This document shows, piece by piece, positions 39,869 to 51,615 of a DNA stretch of 64,000 nt (the stretch's first letter is position 1; every line of letters begins with the position of its first letter). Source of the DNA: Eukaryota sp. TZLM1-RC. Lineage: Eukaryota; Protista; Metamonada: BaSk clade. The notes under the pieces are model-generated. The model made no database searches. It was not told where the DNA came from and worked only from the letters and a program-made list of their open reading frames with translations. A program made the translations under genes and the position numbers. Location: NCBI GenBank assembly GCA_040285825.1, contig JAUPSS010000004.1, positions 2,708,550-2,772,549 on the forward strand, read 5' to 3'.

Positions 39869-40092
39869 TTGTTTTACCAGACCTAATCAGTAACACTTTT
39901 TTGAAATTTTCAAAAAAGCGCAACCCTGAAGGTCCAATATTGCCAAAAAGAGAAATTACAAACGGCACAAAGAGATATTTCACATGTTCCACTCTACCTA
40001 ACTGTGCCAAAGGCTCTTCATATTTTTTTATCTTCTTTTTTTCGGCGTTAGATAACGGCGAATCAGCGGAATACACTAAACGAGCAGCAGAA

Positions 40093-41168
40093 TCTATTTT
40101 TCAAACTTTTTCTGTTGATATTAAATTTTTTGTAAGGACATTGTTTGAATATTCGTTTCAGACATGTATTTTTGATAAACTTTGTTTTGGAAGATAATCC
40201 TTCATTAAGTGGAAATTTTTTCACAGAGTGGAAAACATGTGAAGGAACCTCAAGCAATTTAGAACCTTTAGGAGAAGCTAAAGGTATTATTCTAAATTTC
40301 TTCCAGCAATGTATGTGAGAAAAGAAAGTGAATATGTATTGTGAAATTTTAAGATTAAAGAGAAAAAGCTCACCAATTTCTTTTGATGAAAAGGTGATTT
40401 TATCATGTGAGGACAGAAGGGACGCAGTGGTAGGAAATCTTTGCAGAAGATTCAAGATAAACTTACATGCATTTATTAAAAGAATCTTTCTCTTGAGTTA
40501 TTCAGATTGAGATTGATGTAGTGTTCAAGAACAGAATCAACAACTACTTCCTTGGGTTGGGCTAATGGTTCATCTGGCAAAAGTGAGAGAATATTAGTGG
40601 CAAAGACATTTGTTTCATCTAGAGCTCTACAATGAGCACGAATAAAATTTTTTGTCCAGGATCGACAAATTTTAGGTAAACTTGTCTTCACGTTAGACTC
40701 CAATTGACGAGCCCGACATGCAAGGTGAGGAGAAAGTCCTTTTCTATTGATAAAATTACAATTTTGAAACTGCAGCCAATCATTGAGAAAAAGATTGAAT
40801 GATTTTTTGTAAGGCACTAAAGAATTTTCCCACAAAGAAACAAGAGACCTGTCTTGTGGGCATTCAGGAAGAAATCCACTGTCAAAGATATGGAGTAATT
40901 GGCGTTGGCCTTTAGATGTGGAAAGCTTTGGAAAAGAACCAGTGGTGATGACGGTCATAAACAGATGTCATACATCCTGTTCCACTAAAGCTCTAGATGC
41001 CAACAGAAAATTAAGAAGAAAAGATTGAAGCAATAAAGAAGCTTCATGACAAATCTCGGTGACCAAAGGAAGGTCAGCCCGAATTTGTTGCACCGCAGGA
41101 GGGGTCAGCAGGGAGTTAAGTGCACAAGACCGAATGAATACACGTGACACAGAGTGGGTGTCTGACAT
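40093..41168 (-). pseudogene. Fanzor copy F2, N-terminal (WED/REC) part
   Basis: FIRSCALNSLL..VTEICHEASLLLQSFLL and KKFRIIPLAS resemble the Fanzor1 N-terminus and its F-x-x-x-P motif. Same strand and correct order relative to 36279-36690. Confidence 0.65.
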
Positions 41169-41401
41169 GTAATGAGAATAAAGACCTCATCTATCAAATT
41201 TTACACTTGTCAAACCATTTTCGACTTCTTGTTGCCTGTTCTGGAGGGTTTTAAATCTCAACTTGGTTTTGGGAGGTTTTCACTATTCCCACACTTTCCC
41301 CTTACTTCATAAACTATGTTCCTATATCCCTCACTCAACTTCTATCTATTACTCCCCAGTTCATGCCCCACTACTGGCCCTCCACAAACTGCAACTTATG
41401 C

Positions 41402-41902
41402 TGAAAAGTCAAACTTACCCCTGGTCCAGACAGAATACTACAAGCAGAACTACGCCTACCACCAGGGAGGTGGCAGTATAAGTACATAGTTGACGCAGAA
41501 TGGAGATACTCTCCTGCTGAACCAATACTCAGAGATGCACTTGGAAATGTAAATTACATTGTAGAAGTGCTACCAGATTGTCAAGATTCGCCTGTTTCAG
41601 TCTCTAGATCTATAGTGTTTGGCCAAGAAGTGCCTGAACTACCATCAAACTCTCCAGAAGCGTTACCACCTCATCTTGCCAAAACAGTATTAAACTCTAC
41701 TATTCCAGAAAAAATAGATCCGTTGCTGATGCCTTTACCCCAGCACATTACCATTAATCATCTGTATGTTTGGCCACGGCGATCTGTATTGATGCTGGGA
41801 ATGTCAATGCGGTATAAAGGAAAAACTGTGACGACTGTACTGTACAAACCAATGCATGAAGAAATGATAAAGAATTTACAAAAAGATTTAGCATCAAAAT
41901 AA
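41402..41902 (+). pseudogene. AMPK/SNF1 beta subunit, 5'-truncated (part of CBM48 plus the AMPKBI domain)
   Basis: LPPGRWQYKYIVDAEWRY in frame upstream of PEALPPHL..LPQHITINHLY..RYKGKTVTTVLYKP. Confidence 0.8.
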
Positions 41903-42183
41903 ACAAAATTACTCAATTTATTTGTATTATTTTCTTTGGAACAACTTCTTTATCTCGATGTATTCGTAAAATATTCTGAATAAATAATTTACGTTCTGCA
42001 GAGTTCAATCTATTTGTTTCAGTGTTTACGTTCAAATGTTTGGTCAAATTTGGAATTGCTGCAGTAAGTGCGCAAAGCTGGAGTATAAATTGCATTAAAA
42101 GAGATCAGTAGAATAAATGTGTATGAAATTGGTTTCAGAAATGCATTTTGAGTGAATTCCAGATCCTATTCACATACCAAATT

Positions 42184-43490
42184 ATACCAATATATCTCCA
42201 GTATAGAGAAAAAACCTTATCATATCTCTCCTGTTCCAACCACTGTGGGTCCAGGATATTTTCCCATTGATACAAGAACAATATGGACAATTATTAGACA
42301 AACATTGATGGACGATTTGTTGCCTGATCAGAGATTAAAAATGTCCAATACATTAGCCCAAATTACGAAATTCAAACCACCTCAGTAATTTGACTTTTGG
42401 TCTAATATTCTCGATTTAAACCAACCAATGTTCAAACAAAAGATTTATAAATTCAACAACATTATTCACACAGATGGATTTAATATTGCAGTAGAATTTG
42501 TTCGTCGGGATTTACAAGGTCAGAAATGTAAGCCAGACAACAAGGCAAGTATTTCTGATTTATATATTGATGATGTTGATGTTGATGCTTTTCAAGACAA
42601 ACGAATTGTTGTTTGTGATCCTGGAAAACGTGATTTATTGTATTTTGGGAGCAAAAAGACTGATCAAGAACTAGCCATGGTGCCTGAACATGAAACTGAA
42701 CAGCAAAGAAATAGTCGGGTGATGAATCAAGACAAGAAGTACAAATGGTTGAGAATGACTCAGATGTCCTGGTCTTTGAAAAGTAGGATGAATGAAAAGC
42801 AAAAACGATGGGCGACAAAGTATATTGAGGTAGAATACGACAGGAACCAAATGATAGAGTCTAACGAAATGACAATTGAAGATGCAAACACCGAATTATC
42901 AGCATTTGCTGCAAGTTCGGCGACTTTTATAGACTTTTCCAACTTTGTGGTTGCAAAACTTCGGCAAGTTTTTTTGACAATTGACTTTTATAGTCTTGAC
43001 TTGTGGAGCATTCATGAAATGCAAGCTTTTATTCACAAGCAAAAGACTGAAAGTTGGTTGTTAAAAAGCCTTGTTCAGCAGTTTGGCAATCCGAAAGACA
43101 CTTTAATACTAATGGGTGATTATGGTAAAAAAGGTTCCAAGAATTTGAAACATCAAAAACCGAGGTATTGGATGGATTCAATTTCTGAAAAGAAATGGTT
43201 TTGAAGTATTGATGATTAATGAAGCTTTCACTTCAGCAAAATGTCCTGTTTGTTTTGAAAAGGTTGCTACGTTTTTGAGAGTAACAAATCCCAGAGTGTA
43301 TAGAACAGAAAAGACTCCTGTTACTACATGTCATGGTTTATTAGCGTGCAACAGTGACAGTTGCAAACTCAGTAACCAAGGCTCAACAAAGCTTTTCAAT
43401 AGAAATAAGCTGGCTTGTTTGAATATGTTTGCAATTGCAGAAGCCAGAATGAGTGGCAATGAAAGGCCTCAGTATCTGTGTAGTAGATAG
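42184..43490 (+). pseudogene. Fanzor copy F3, 5'-truncated, with one in-frame TAA and one frameshift
   Basis: FPIDT, IHTDG, RuvC-I VVCDPGKRDL, LILMGDYG, INEAFTSAKCPVC, CHGLLAC, RuvC-III NRN (D>N), terminal RPQYL. Confidence 0.92.
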
Positions 43491-43546
43491 TTTTTGTAAT
43501 TATTCCACACGACAATTGATTGTGTATTTATGGCAATTTCCCACAG
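43450..43546 (+). ncRNA. Putative omegaRNA 3' part / right end of Fanzor F3
   Basis: Hairpins TATCT..AGATA and ACACGA..TTGTGT; ends AATTTCCCACAG. The 5' boundary is uncertain and probably overlaps the ORF. Confidence 0.55.
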
Positions 43547-43609
43547 TAAAAGTTTCAAGTTCAACTGAAAGAACAAATCCCCATCACTTCTGTCGAATAC
43601 ACCCAAGGA

Positions 43610-44335
43610 ATGAACTCACTCAAGGAAGTCTCCTCTTTTAATTTCAAAGGCTCCTACAACGATGACGTTGTTGTTAGGTTTGGCTTTTTACGTAAGGTAT
43701 TCCTTCTCTTCATCTTTCAACTTGCAGTTACTGCTGCCCTAGGGTCTTACCTCATCTCCTCTGGCATGATTATCAATCTATCCTCTGGATTCATGCTGTG
43801 GTGTAAAATTATTTTCTTCTCATCTCTCATTGGTACATATGTCTTCAAACGAACCTTTCCGCTCAACCTCGTCCTGCTCTCCTCTGTCACAATCACCACA
43901 TCCATCCTCCTCTCCGAGGTCGTGTCTTATGTTGATCCCCAAACTGTTATCTTTGCTCTCGTTCTATCCACTCTTTTCTTCACTGCTCTTACCGCTCTTT
44001 CTTTCCTCTCCTCTTCTTCTGACTTCCTTGGAGAAGCTATTATTGCTGGTATTCTCATCTCAGTCTTCACCATACCGCTCTACAAGATCTACTTTCCAGA
44101 AGTAGATGGTCTTGAAATTGGTCTTTCTTTGCTCAGCGTGTTGGTGTTTGGTAGTCGTGTCGTTTTTACCATTAAAAGAGTTGTTAGGAGTTCTGATATT
44201 GATGATTATGTTTATGCTGTGGTTTTAATTTACTCTGATTTTATTTCAATGTTTTTGAAAGTTTTGAGGTTCATTGCTTCGACGAAAGGAAATAGCAAAT
44301 GCAGATCTGAACGTAGCAAAAGTAAAAGAAGATAA
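43610..44335 (+). CDS. Bax inhibitor-1 / TMBIM (lifeguard-type) membrane protein
   Basis: VRFGFLRKVF..QL, FPLNLVLL, DDYVYAVVLIYSDFISMFL; about 7 hydrophobic helices. Confidence 0.88.
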   Translation: MNSLKEVSSFNFKGSYNDDVVVRFGFLRKVFLLFIFQLAVTAALGSYLISSGMIINLSSGFMLWCKIIFFSSLIGTYVFKRTFPLNLVLLSSVTITTSILLSEVVSYVDPQTVIFALVLSTLFFTALTALSFLSSSSDFLGEAIIAGILISVFTIPLYKIYFPEVDGLEIGLSLLSVLVFGSRVVFTIKRVVRSSDIDDYVYAVVLIYSDFISMFLKVLRFIASTKGNSKCRSERSKSKRR

Positions 44336-45140
44336 GAAAAGGAAGATGATTAGTTTTGTAAATAGATAATAAACTGTTGTTTCTATTTATAGAATTTTTT
44401 TTCTACCTTTCATCAATAGTAATTATAAGATTACAATACAAATTAATTTGACAAGAAAGAATTTTTCGAAATTGTTTACCATAAATACACATGGCCACCT
44501 CAAATAAACAAGATGATACCGGATTTAATCGTTTTATCAACTAAATTATAATTGGTTTTATTGATCCAAATCATTTTTTGATCGCAGCCATTTCATTACT
44601 TTCTGATGATGTTTCCTTAATAGGTTCTTGTCCTGTAATGCAACAAATTTGTTTGGAAGTTTGGATTCTCGAATTGGTCTTGACCTTAATCCTTTGAAAT
44701 GCCTAGTTCTTGGAAGACAAAAGGGTGAGTAATTGTGTTTGAGATGGTTCAATCTATTTTCTTCTATCGCTCAACGTAAAGGGATAGAACGAATGGCAAT
44801 TGGAGGTACGATTATGGGAAATGTTAATTTTTCATTAATCGTTAATACCCTGGTCATGTATTTCTGCACCAAGGAATAAGGATAGCGAGTATTATTGATT
44901 TTTCTATCAGGTTGGTGGCGAATCCATATAATACAGAAGTATTTGATTATACATTGTTGGTTCCTAAAACTGAAAAAATACACTAACACTTCACTACAAG
45001 CAAACGAAAAATGTACAGCATAAAGATTTCAATCAGTCTATGCTTTTTCAATTGACAACCACTAGGAGAATGTCTACAACCACCTATCTACCATCATACA
45101 GTTTTGATTGTCTCATCAAACTTAATCAACATTATTTATT

Positions 45141-45998
45141 TTTTTTAAAAACTGGAATATTTATTGAGATAAAAAACCCCATCTAGAATTCAATATCCTC
45201 CAAACAAGCGTCACTATTACTAAACCTACTCACAGCATTACATTCATATTCTACACCAATAGCTAAAAGTGCCTTTTAAATCATTGTTGGAATAGACTTG
45301 AAAATGCAAAAAACAATTCTATTTAACCACAAAGTGGAGTTCATTGTTTTACCAGACCTATTCAGTAACACTCTTTTGAAATTCTCAAAAAAGTGCAACC
45401 CTGAAGGTCCAATATTGCCAAAAAGAGAAATTGCAAACGGCACAAACTGATATTTCACATGTTCCGCTCTACCTAACTGTGCTAAAGGTTCTTCATATTT
45501 TTTTATCTTCTTTTATTCGGCGTTAGATAACGGCGAGTCAGCGGAATACACTAAACGAGCAGCAGAAATTTTGCAAACATCAACAGAGATAACATCTACA
45601 ACATTGAGAACACCATCGATTCCTGGAGCTACTAAATCTGCCCTTCGTTTACCAAAGGAATCATCCGTTTGATCTGAAGACAGCTTACGTACTAGTGGCT
45701 CAATAAATGCCTCTATATTGATACTTTTGCACATGGCATATAATTGATCACGAACTAAGTCATGAACAATTGAGCGATAAGTTATAAAATACTTACAGTT
45801 TAAAATAAGGGAAAGTGTAACAACACTCTTGCAGCGACAAATTAAATCATTTGGTAATGAACAAGGCCATAAAAAACATCTCATTCTCATTGCAGTGGTC
45901 CATTGGTGATCATTAAGTAGAAGGCCATAAATGTTGGGAATTTGGGAGATTAAGCAACTTGAGCAACTGTCTTCAAGATCAATCAAAAAGTTTGCAAA
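45141..45998 (-). mobile_element. Family B RLE retrotransposon, 5'-truncated
   Basis: CRC..LNC knuckle and RRADLVAPG..VDVISVD; TSD AACATTATTTATT at 45128-40 and 45999-46011; the empty site is visible at ~53858-70. Confidence 0.93.
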
Positions 45999-46444
45999 AA
46001 CATTATTTATTCTAATATTCTTCACCATTTTGAGCACAAACATTACTAAAAATGTCTTTTCAGTTTAACCAAGTAAAGATTAGTTTCATACAAATCATAG
46101 AAATGAGGAGTTTGCAGAGGAAATTTTGAGTCTGTGAATGTCGTCCATTCGTTCTGACTTTATTTTCTCAAGTATACAATTTCAATAAAAATTAGCAGCA
46201 ATGTATTCATGATCTCTGAAATATATTGTTTATATCCAAAATTAAACTTAAATTGCAAGCAAACTGTACAAAACCATAATAAAGAAAAGAATAAAAGTAT
46301 TATATAAAATTTCCGATGCCTGACTAGGATCAATATAGTGAAAAAATACAAAGCTTAAGTTGAAAATGCAAAAATAAAAATTAAAGAAATAAGTAAGTAA
46401 AAATAAACCAAAAACCGCTACAATGGAAAATACCCTAGAGAAAA

Positions 46445-46762
46445 CTAGTACTGAATTGGTTGGAAAGGAAGGAAAGTAATCTCATAAATGATACGTAGGG
46501 CAAAAGCAATGATATTGACTCCAAAACTGATAAGAGCGAGAACACTTTCGACCTTGCGCTTGGCTTCGTTGGCATAAATGAAAGCCAATACGCATAGGTA
46601 TACGGAGGTTATGTGTAGGAACATGATGGAGACACGCCAAGCAGATGGTATTCCTCCGCCGTATCCAACAACAAAGTCAACAAGAGCCAAGGAAAAGAGA
46701 AAAACAGCAAGGACAAGACTCATGTAGAGCCAGTGCTGCTTTGTGCCATAGTTTACCTTCAT
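46445..46762 (-). CDS. Small 3-TM membrane protein, function unknown
   Basis: Three hydrophobic segments, conserved in the duplicate copy. The start at MKVNYG is inferred; the ORF is open further upstream. Confidence 0.6.
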   Translation of the reverse strand: MKVNYGTKQHWLYMSLVLAVFLFSLALVDFVVGYGGGIPSAWRVSIMFLHITSVYLCVLAFIYANEAKRKVESVLALISFGVNIIAFALRIIYEITFLPFQPIQY

Positions 46763-46802
46763 TAAATCATTTGTAAGAAATTTATGCAATATTTCATTCA
46801 TC

Positions 46803-47288
46803 ATGAATTCACATGATCTGCAGCAATTACAGCAGCGCTTTCCAAATGGTGACCCAGTAATCATTGAATTTGTGTACAACGGAGAGGGCGCTCGCTCAGT
46901 TACTAAAACCTCTCACATTCTCAAGCAGATGTGGACACAATCGGTTGCTGATCATGGTACGCCAATCTGTCAACTCATCAAGCTCAAAGTTTCCATGGAA
47001 AGGGTTTTGGCAAACCAAGCTTGTGCAGCAATTGTTTATAAGGAATGTAATGCTTTTCTCTTACATTTAACCACATTGATTTCTCAAAAGTCTATCTCTG
47101 TGTTACATATGAATGAAGATGATTTAGACTTGATAGAAGTGCTTCAAAGTGCAAGTATTTTGCCCGTTAAACTGGTTTGTGGTAGTGGTAATGTTTTGAG
47201 TCAAGTTGAGCGTTATTTGGAGAGCAATATGCCCAATGCGTTCATTAAGGATCCTATTGAGGAAGTGTTTTACGTAGGTTGTGATTGA
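46803..47288 (+). CDS. Short CUE plus divergent Smr-like protein
   Basis: LQQRFP CUE-like N-terminus; C-terminus VLHM..VKLVCGSG..VERYL. Confidence 0.5.
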   Translation: MNSHDLQQLQQRFPNGDPVIIEFVYNGEGARSVTKTSHILKQMWTQSVADHGTPICQLIKLKVSMERVLANQACAAIVYKECNAFLLHLTTLISQKSISVLHMNEDDLDLIEVLQSASILPVKLVCGSGNVLSQVERYLESNMPNAFIKDPIEEVFYVGCD

Positions 47289-47577
47289 TTGAATATATTC
47301 TTTGTTCTGTCTTGTAAATGGTTGTTTTCGGTTTTTGGTCTCACTGTCAGCTTACACTTAATGATAATGCTCTAATTGTTGAACCTGAGCAGAGAAAATC
47401 TCTTAGTTGTGGGATAATTTGACAAGGGCTTTGCTTTAACATTGGCATGTAATGATAGTAACAGTTTATTGTTTTTGATCGGAGTATTGACTCAATACAT
47501 TATAGATTTATAGTGGAATTGTATTGATGGCGTGTGATGAGAATTGGGAGTCAAAGTCACTCTTGATTGTTGTTGAT

Positions 47578-47859
47578 ATGCGTCACCTAGTCGTCTTTTT
47601 GTGTTTGGCATGCATTTTGTGCTTTGCCACAGCTTCCAGTCCTGCTGAGGACACTAGCAACTCTAAATGTTTGGAGTGTAAGTCTAATCTCCGAACAATC
47701 CAACATTGTCCTAACTGGGAGTTCTGTGGTATCCGATGCAATGCACTCCACCCAGCCTATCACAAAGCATGTCTTGGTGCTTGTTATAATATGCTAGCAG
47801 ACAGATGTCCATTATCCTTGTGCATCAACGAGAGCTGCATAACATATGGATTCTGTTAG
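47578..47859 (+). CDS. Secreted cysteine-rich saposin-like protein
   Basis: Signal peptide followed by a CxxC..C-x10-C..C-x5-C (CITYGFC) pattern. Confidence 0.6.
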   Translation: MRHLVVFLCLACILCFATASSPAEDTSNSKCLECKSNLRTIQHCPNWEFCGIRCNALHPAYHKACLGACYNMLADRCPLSLCINESCITYGFC

Positions 47860-48549
47860 TTATTCTGTGTTGTTTCAATGTATATGTTTCTTGTTCAATA
47901 AATTCTTTTTTGTTTTGCTCATTACATTACGTTTTCTTTTTAACAAAACAGTGGATGTGTTTCATTCATTTTCTGAACATGTGTTGGTTTGGTTGATCTC
48001 ATAATCTCAACACCATGGATGCCAAAACTAAATTAGGATAGCTTGGACCAATAAGTTATTGGCAACAACTGTCTTCTTCCTTTCATTTGCCTTATTCTAC
48101 ACATGTTAGAGGAGAAATTATTGTGGCACAAACAATTTCCTTCTGTGAAGCTGGGAAATTTGTTTAATATAAATCCTTCATTACAGATGTCATGAAATTG
48201 GACTCATTTTATCCCTATTTTAAATGACACCGTGTGTTATGTATGATACATGTTCCAAAAAGTATTCTTGAATTTGCTGACTTTTATATTATAATCAAAC
48301 ATCAGAGGAAAGAGAAGTAGCAGAAGTCCCATCAATTGCCTTGATTTCAAATTGATAAGAACTCAAAAATCTTTGGCGTTTTTCCCAATGATCGAGAACT
48401 TGCCAGTAGTGTAAATTCTGTCCCAAAAAGTTCATCTGTTTTGCAAACACAAATTCCTCGCGGTTAAAACGTGGTGCTTATGGTACTTTTGATCACTTTT
48501 TTTCCTGCTTTAAATTCACTCAAAAAAGATCAATAATCCACAACACAGT

Positions 48550-49160
48550 TCTTGATTGTATTTATGATCATTTAAAATGGCCTCATCATCCAGTTCGTTA
48601 AGAACCTCAGTTTGATGAATTAAATTTTACTTTGAGCCAAAAACGAGGTGATATTCAATGTGCATGGTATGATGGAACTGAACTAATTATCGATTGTACT
48701 ACCTTATCTCCGTGGAAAAGAAGTTCCGTTTTTGACATTCAACATTTACTCAAGGCTGCTGAGCTGTTCAAGAAATAAAACTACGAAGCTCTTCTACAAC
48801 CTCTGAATGGGGCTAGGGGCAGAAACATCAAAGTTGTCCCAATTGCTATTTCTATTTTTGGTACCCTTGGAACTGAAGGTCTCAATTTTTTAGATGACTT
48901 AGGAAATCTTCTCAAAGATAGTGGTCGTGCATACGATTTTTTGATTTGGAAGAACAGAATTGTATTTTCGCTATTGAAGGCTCTTCCTCGTTTTATTAAC
49001 TCCATTTTGAATAACACTACGGAGTTTTATAACAAGCCAGTTGTTATTCCAGTGAATATTGAAAATTTCCCGTCATTCAATTGATGGGGTTTGAGTAGGT
49101 AAAAGTATTAGTTGAGGTTTTTGGTTGAGTTTTAAAATGTGGCTGTTCCAGGAATAAATT
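48550..49160 (+). mobile_element. Family D RLE retrotransposon 3' fragment
   Basis: My translation: KRGDIQCAWYDGTELIIDCT..VVPIAISIFGTLG..IWKNRIVF, followed by a 3' UTR with AATAAA. Confidence 0.8.
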
Positions 49161-51615
49161 CTCTTTTTGATCAAAAATTAATGATGCAGTTAGGGATCAA
49201 CTCAACTGTATGTCAAAGGCACAAAAAATTGTCTTCTTTTTAGAACCATTGCTCTGTCGATTTGTTGATGAAACTTATTTGAATTCTTTTGGTCGCAGTA
49301 AAGATGATTTAATGCTTGAAAGTCTTGAAGGTCCATCATTAATGATTATGACGGAAAAACTTCCAGTAAATTCTTTTTGGCTGATTTAAGGTTTCAAGAT
49401 TCAGAATTTTAAGTTTGTTGTGCAATTTATCGAAATAAATGAACTGAACTTTTGCGATTACAAACTTTTTACTAGTGTTAAATGATCTCCTCCATCTGAG
49501 CTGATTACGTACATTTTGGTCCATCAAATTAGTTAATTAGTTCTTTTTGGTATTTTCATTGTGTTTCCAACATTGAAATTAAAATGACGAAGACAGAATG
49601 GACTCTGACGAGAATGATCAATTCTTGGAACAAATTTTATCATCATTTTCTTGGGCAAATGGTCACTTTCAATCCCAGAGTTTCAACACACAGGCAGATT
49701 ACGTGACAGTCAGAAGTGATAAACCTCCCATCAATTGTTAATGTCACACTGTTGTTCAAAATCCCTGTTACAGAATCATTATTTTTTTTGATCCAGCAGT
49801 TGGGAAATTCAAAATTTGTTAAAACCAACAATAAGGCTGTTTCAATGGTAGGTGGAGACAAATAAGCACAAGTTGGACAAACTTCCTTGTCATAGAATAA
49901 CAATTGCAATATCGTTGCTGATCCATGGCTGTTTATAACATAGTTTGGCTGGCTACTTGTTGAAAACGAATCGTCTCCCAAAGGTATCTGATACATAATA
50001 AGTCACGTTACAGGGTCTGTAATTGTGACTCCAAATGTATATTTGTGGTGTAGTTGTTCTTAGTATTTCTGTGATTTTCATTTGGTTGCATATTTACCAC
50101 TTATTTTGAGCTTTTCATCAATGATCTCAGACAGACCTGATAGCCTCGTTTCATTGGGTATGAGCAAGTGTTAGAAAAGTGGTAGGTTTGCAATTTAACA
50201 GACAACTGTAAGCTCCGTATGACGTAGCTTAATGACCTATAGTTATAGATAGTTTGTGACATAAAATAAATCTTCTTCTTTTCTTATCCCAGATAGGGTA
50301 ACACAGCAAAATGAAAAAATTTCAAATCATCACACTGTGATCCTCAATTCAAATGAATTATCATCACATTGCTTGTCTTTTCACTCACCCAATAAATTTA
50401 TGTTTTCTTTCCTCAATATAGCCAATGCATCCTCCATCAAGGTATAACTGATGCTGCAACTGTACGATGGTGCCCGTGCCTTCTTTCAACATGAAATATC
50501 TCTTTATTTTGACAACTGCTTTACCGCAGTAGAACTTCAGGAAGCTGCTCATCAATTTTTCCACTCCCAATTGTCTGCAAAGAAAAAGAAGTTTAACAGT
50601 GACTGGCAACTTGAAGTCAAATACAAGTCAACCGGCAGCCAGTTTCGTCCAGGAGTAACCTCCACGATAGCTGGATGGATTTCTGCGCACAGTGGGGAAG
50701 GTGTAGTTTTTACAATCAAGAGCAACCCCATTGATGTGGACAAGGAGACCGACAAAATCTGGCAGCAAGAGCAGGTACAACAAGACGTTATCCAAATGCC
50801 AGTTGAAGACTTGAAAGAGCTCAACATAGGTGTATCGGCTCCATTGGCCATTTGGAAATACTGGGCCTCTCTTGTGGAGAAGCGTGAGGCTTCTTCTACT
50901 ATTATACCTACCGATTTATCTCGATATTTCAATTCTGGCAAGCAAAAGGTCTTCTTTGACCAAAGAAACAATAACGGATACCATTGCAGTTGACAACATT
51001 AGGCGTGGATTTTAATCATTGTTGATTGATTTGTTAAAAGCAGCCTGTAACCAGCGACTAAGAGTTGACTGTGAAATGCAGAAGTATTGAGCTATATAAG
51101 CCTGTGGTTTGTTAAGAAACAAATAGATATAACAGGCCCAACCTTAGTGTCCTCAGATGCATGGACCCTTAAGGACGCAAGCTCTTGTGAAGACAACAGC
51201 AAATCGTATGTATACCCCATAAATAATATTGATTGTCTGTCTGTTAGTTTTGTTAAATATTATGGCAATAAAAAGCTCAATACTGCAAAAGTTTATTGAT
51301 AAAGACATTCTGTCCCAAAAGAAAGCAGGTTGATGTAAGACGTATAAGGTCTCTGCTTATGAAGTTTTTGTGATGACATCATATCTCCTCTGTTACAAAA
51401 GAAGGAAGGATGATCTTAAGTCGAACTGATATAGAATTACTGACGGGTTTAGCCCTACTTCTTTGTCAATAAAGGCTATGTATAACTTGTGAAAGAGCGT
51501 TTTGTGGGGTGAGTGAAAACTGAGTGAGTAAAAACAGTTTGTACTCACAACCGACTCAAAAAGCGATCCTCAGCAGTAAATAAATGTTGAATTTTTCCTC
51601 GCAACCATCAACATA

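Larger units (their letters stand above)
36690..40092 (-). mobile_element. Internal family B retrotransposon fragment (40092-39869 plus 36774-36690), split by later insertions
   Basis: The two halves join into a sequence co-linear with 45270-45567 (..LLIRSGKT|MNSTFWFNRIVF..). Confidence 0.85.
44718..48297 (+). repeat. Segmental duplication, copy 1
   Basis: Co-linear and highly similar to 53447-60235 apart from copy-specific indels. Confidence 0.95.

Noticed and set aside
49640-51300. Fragmentary ORFs (e.g. 50451-50993)
   Set aside because: Possibly a decayed gene, but I recognise no family motif.
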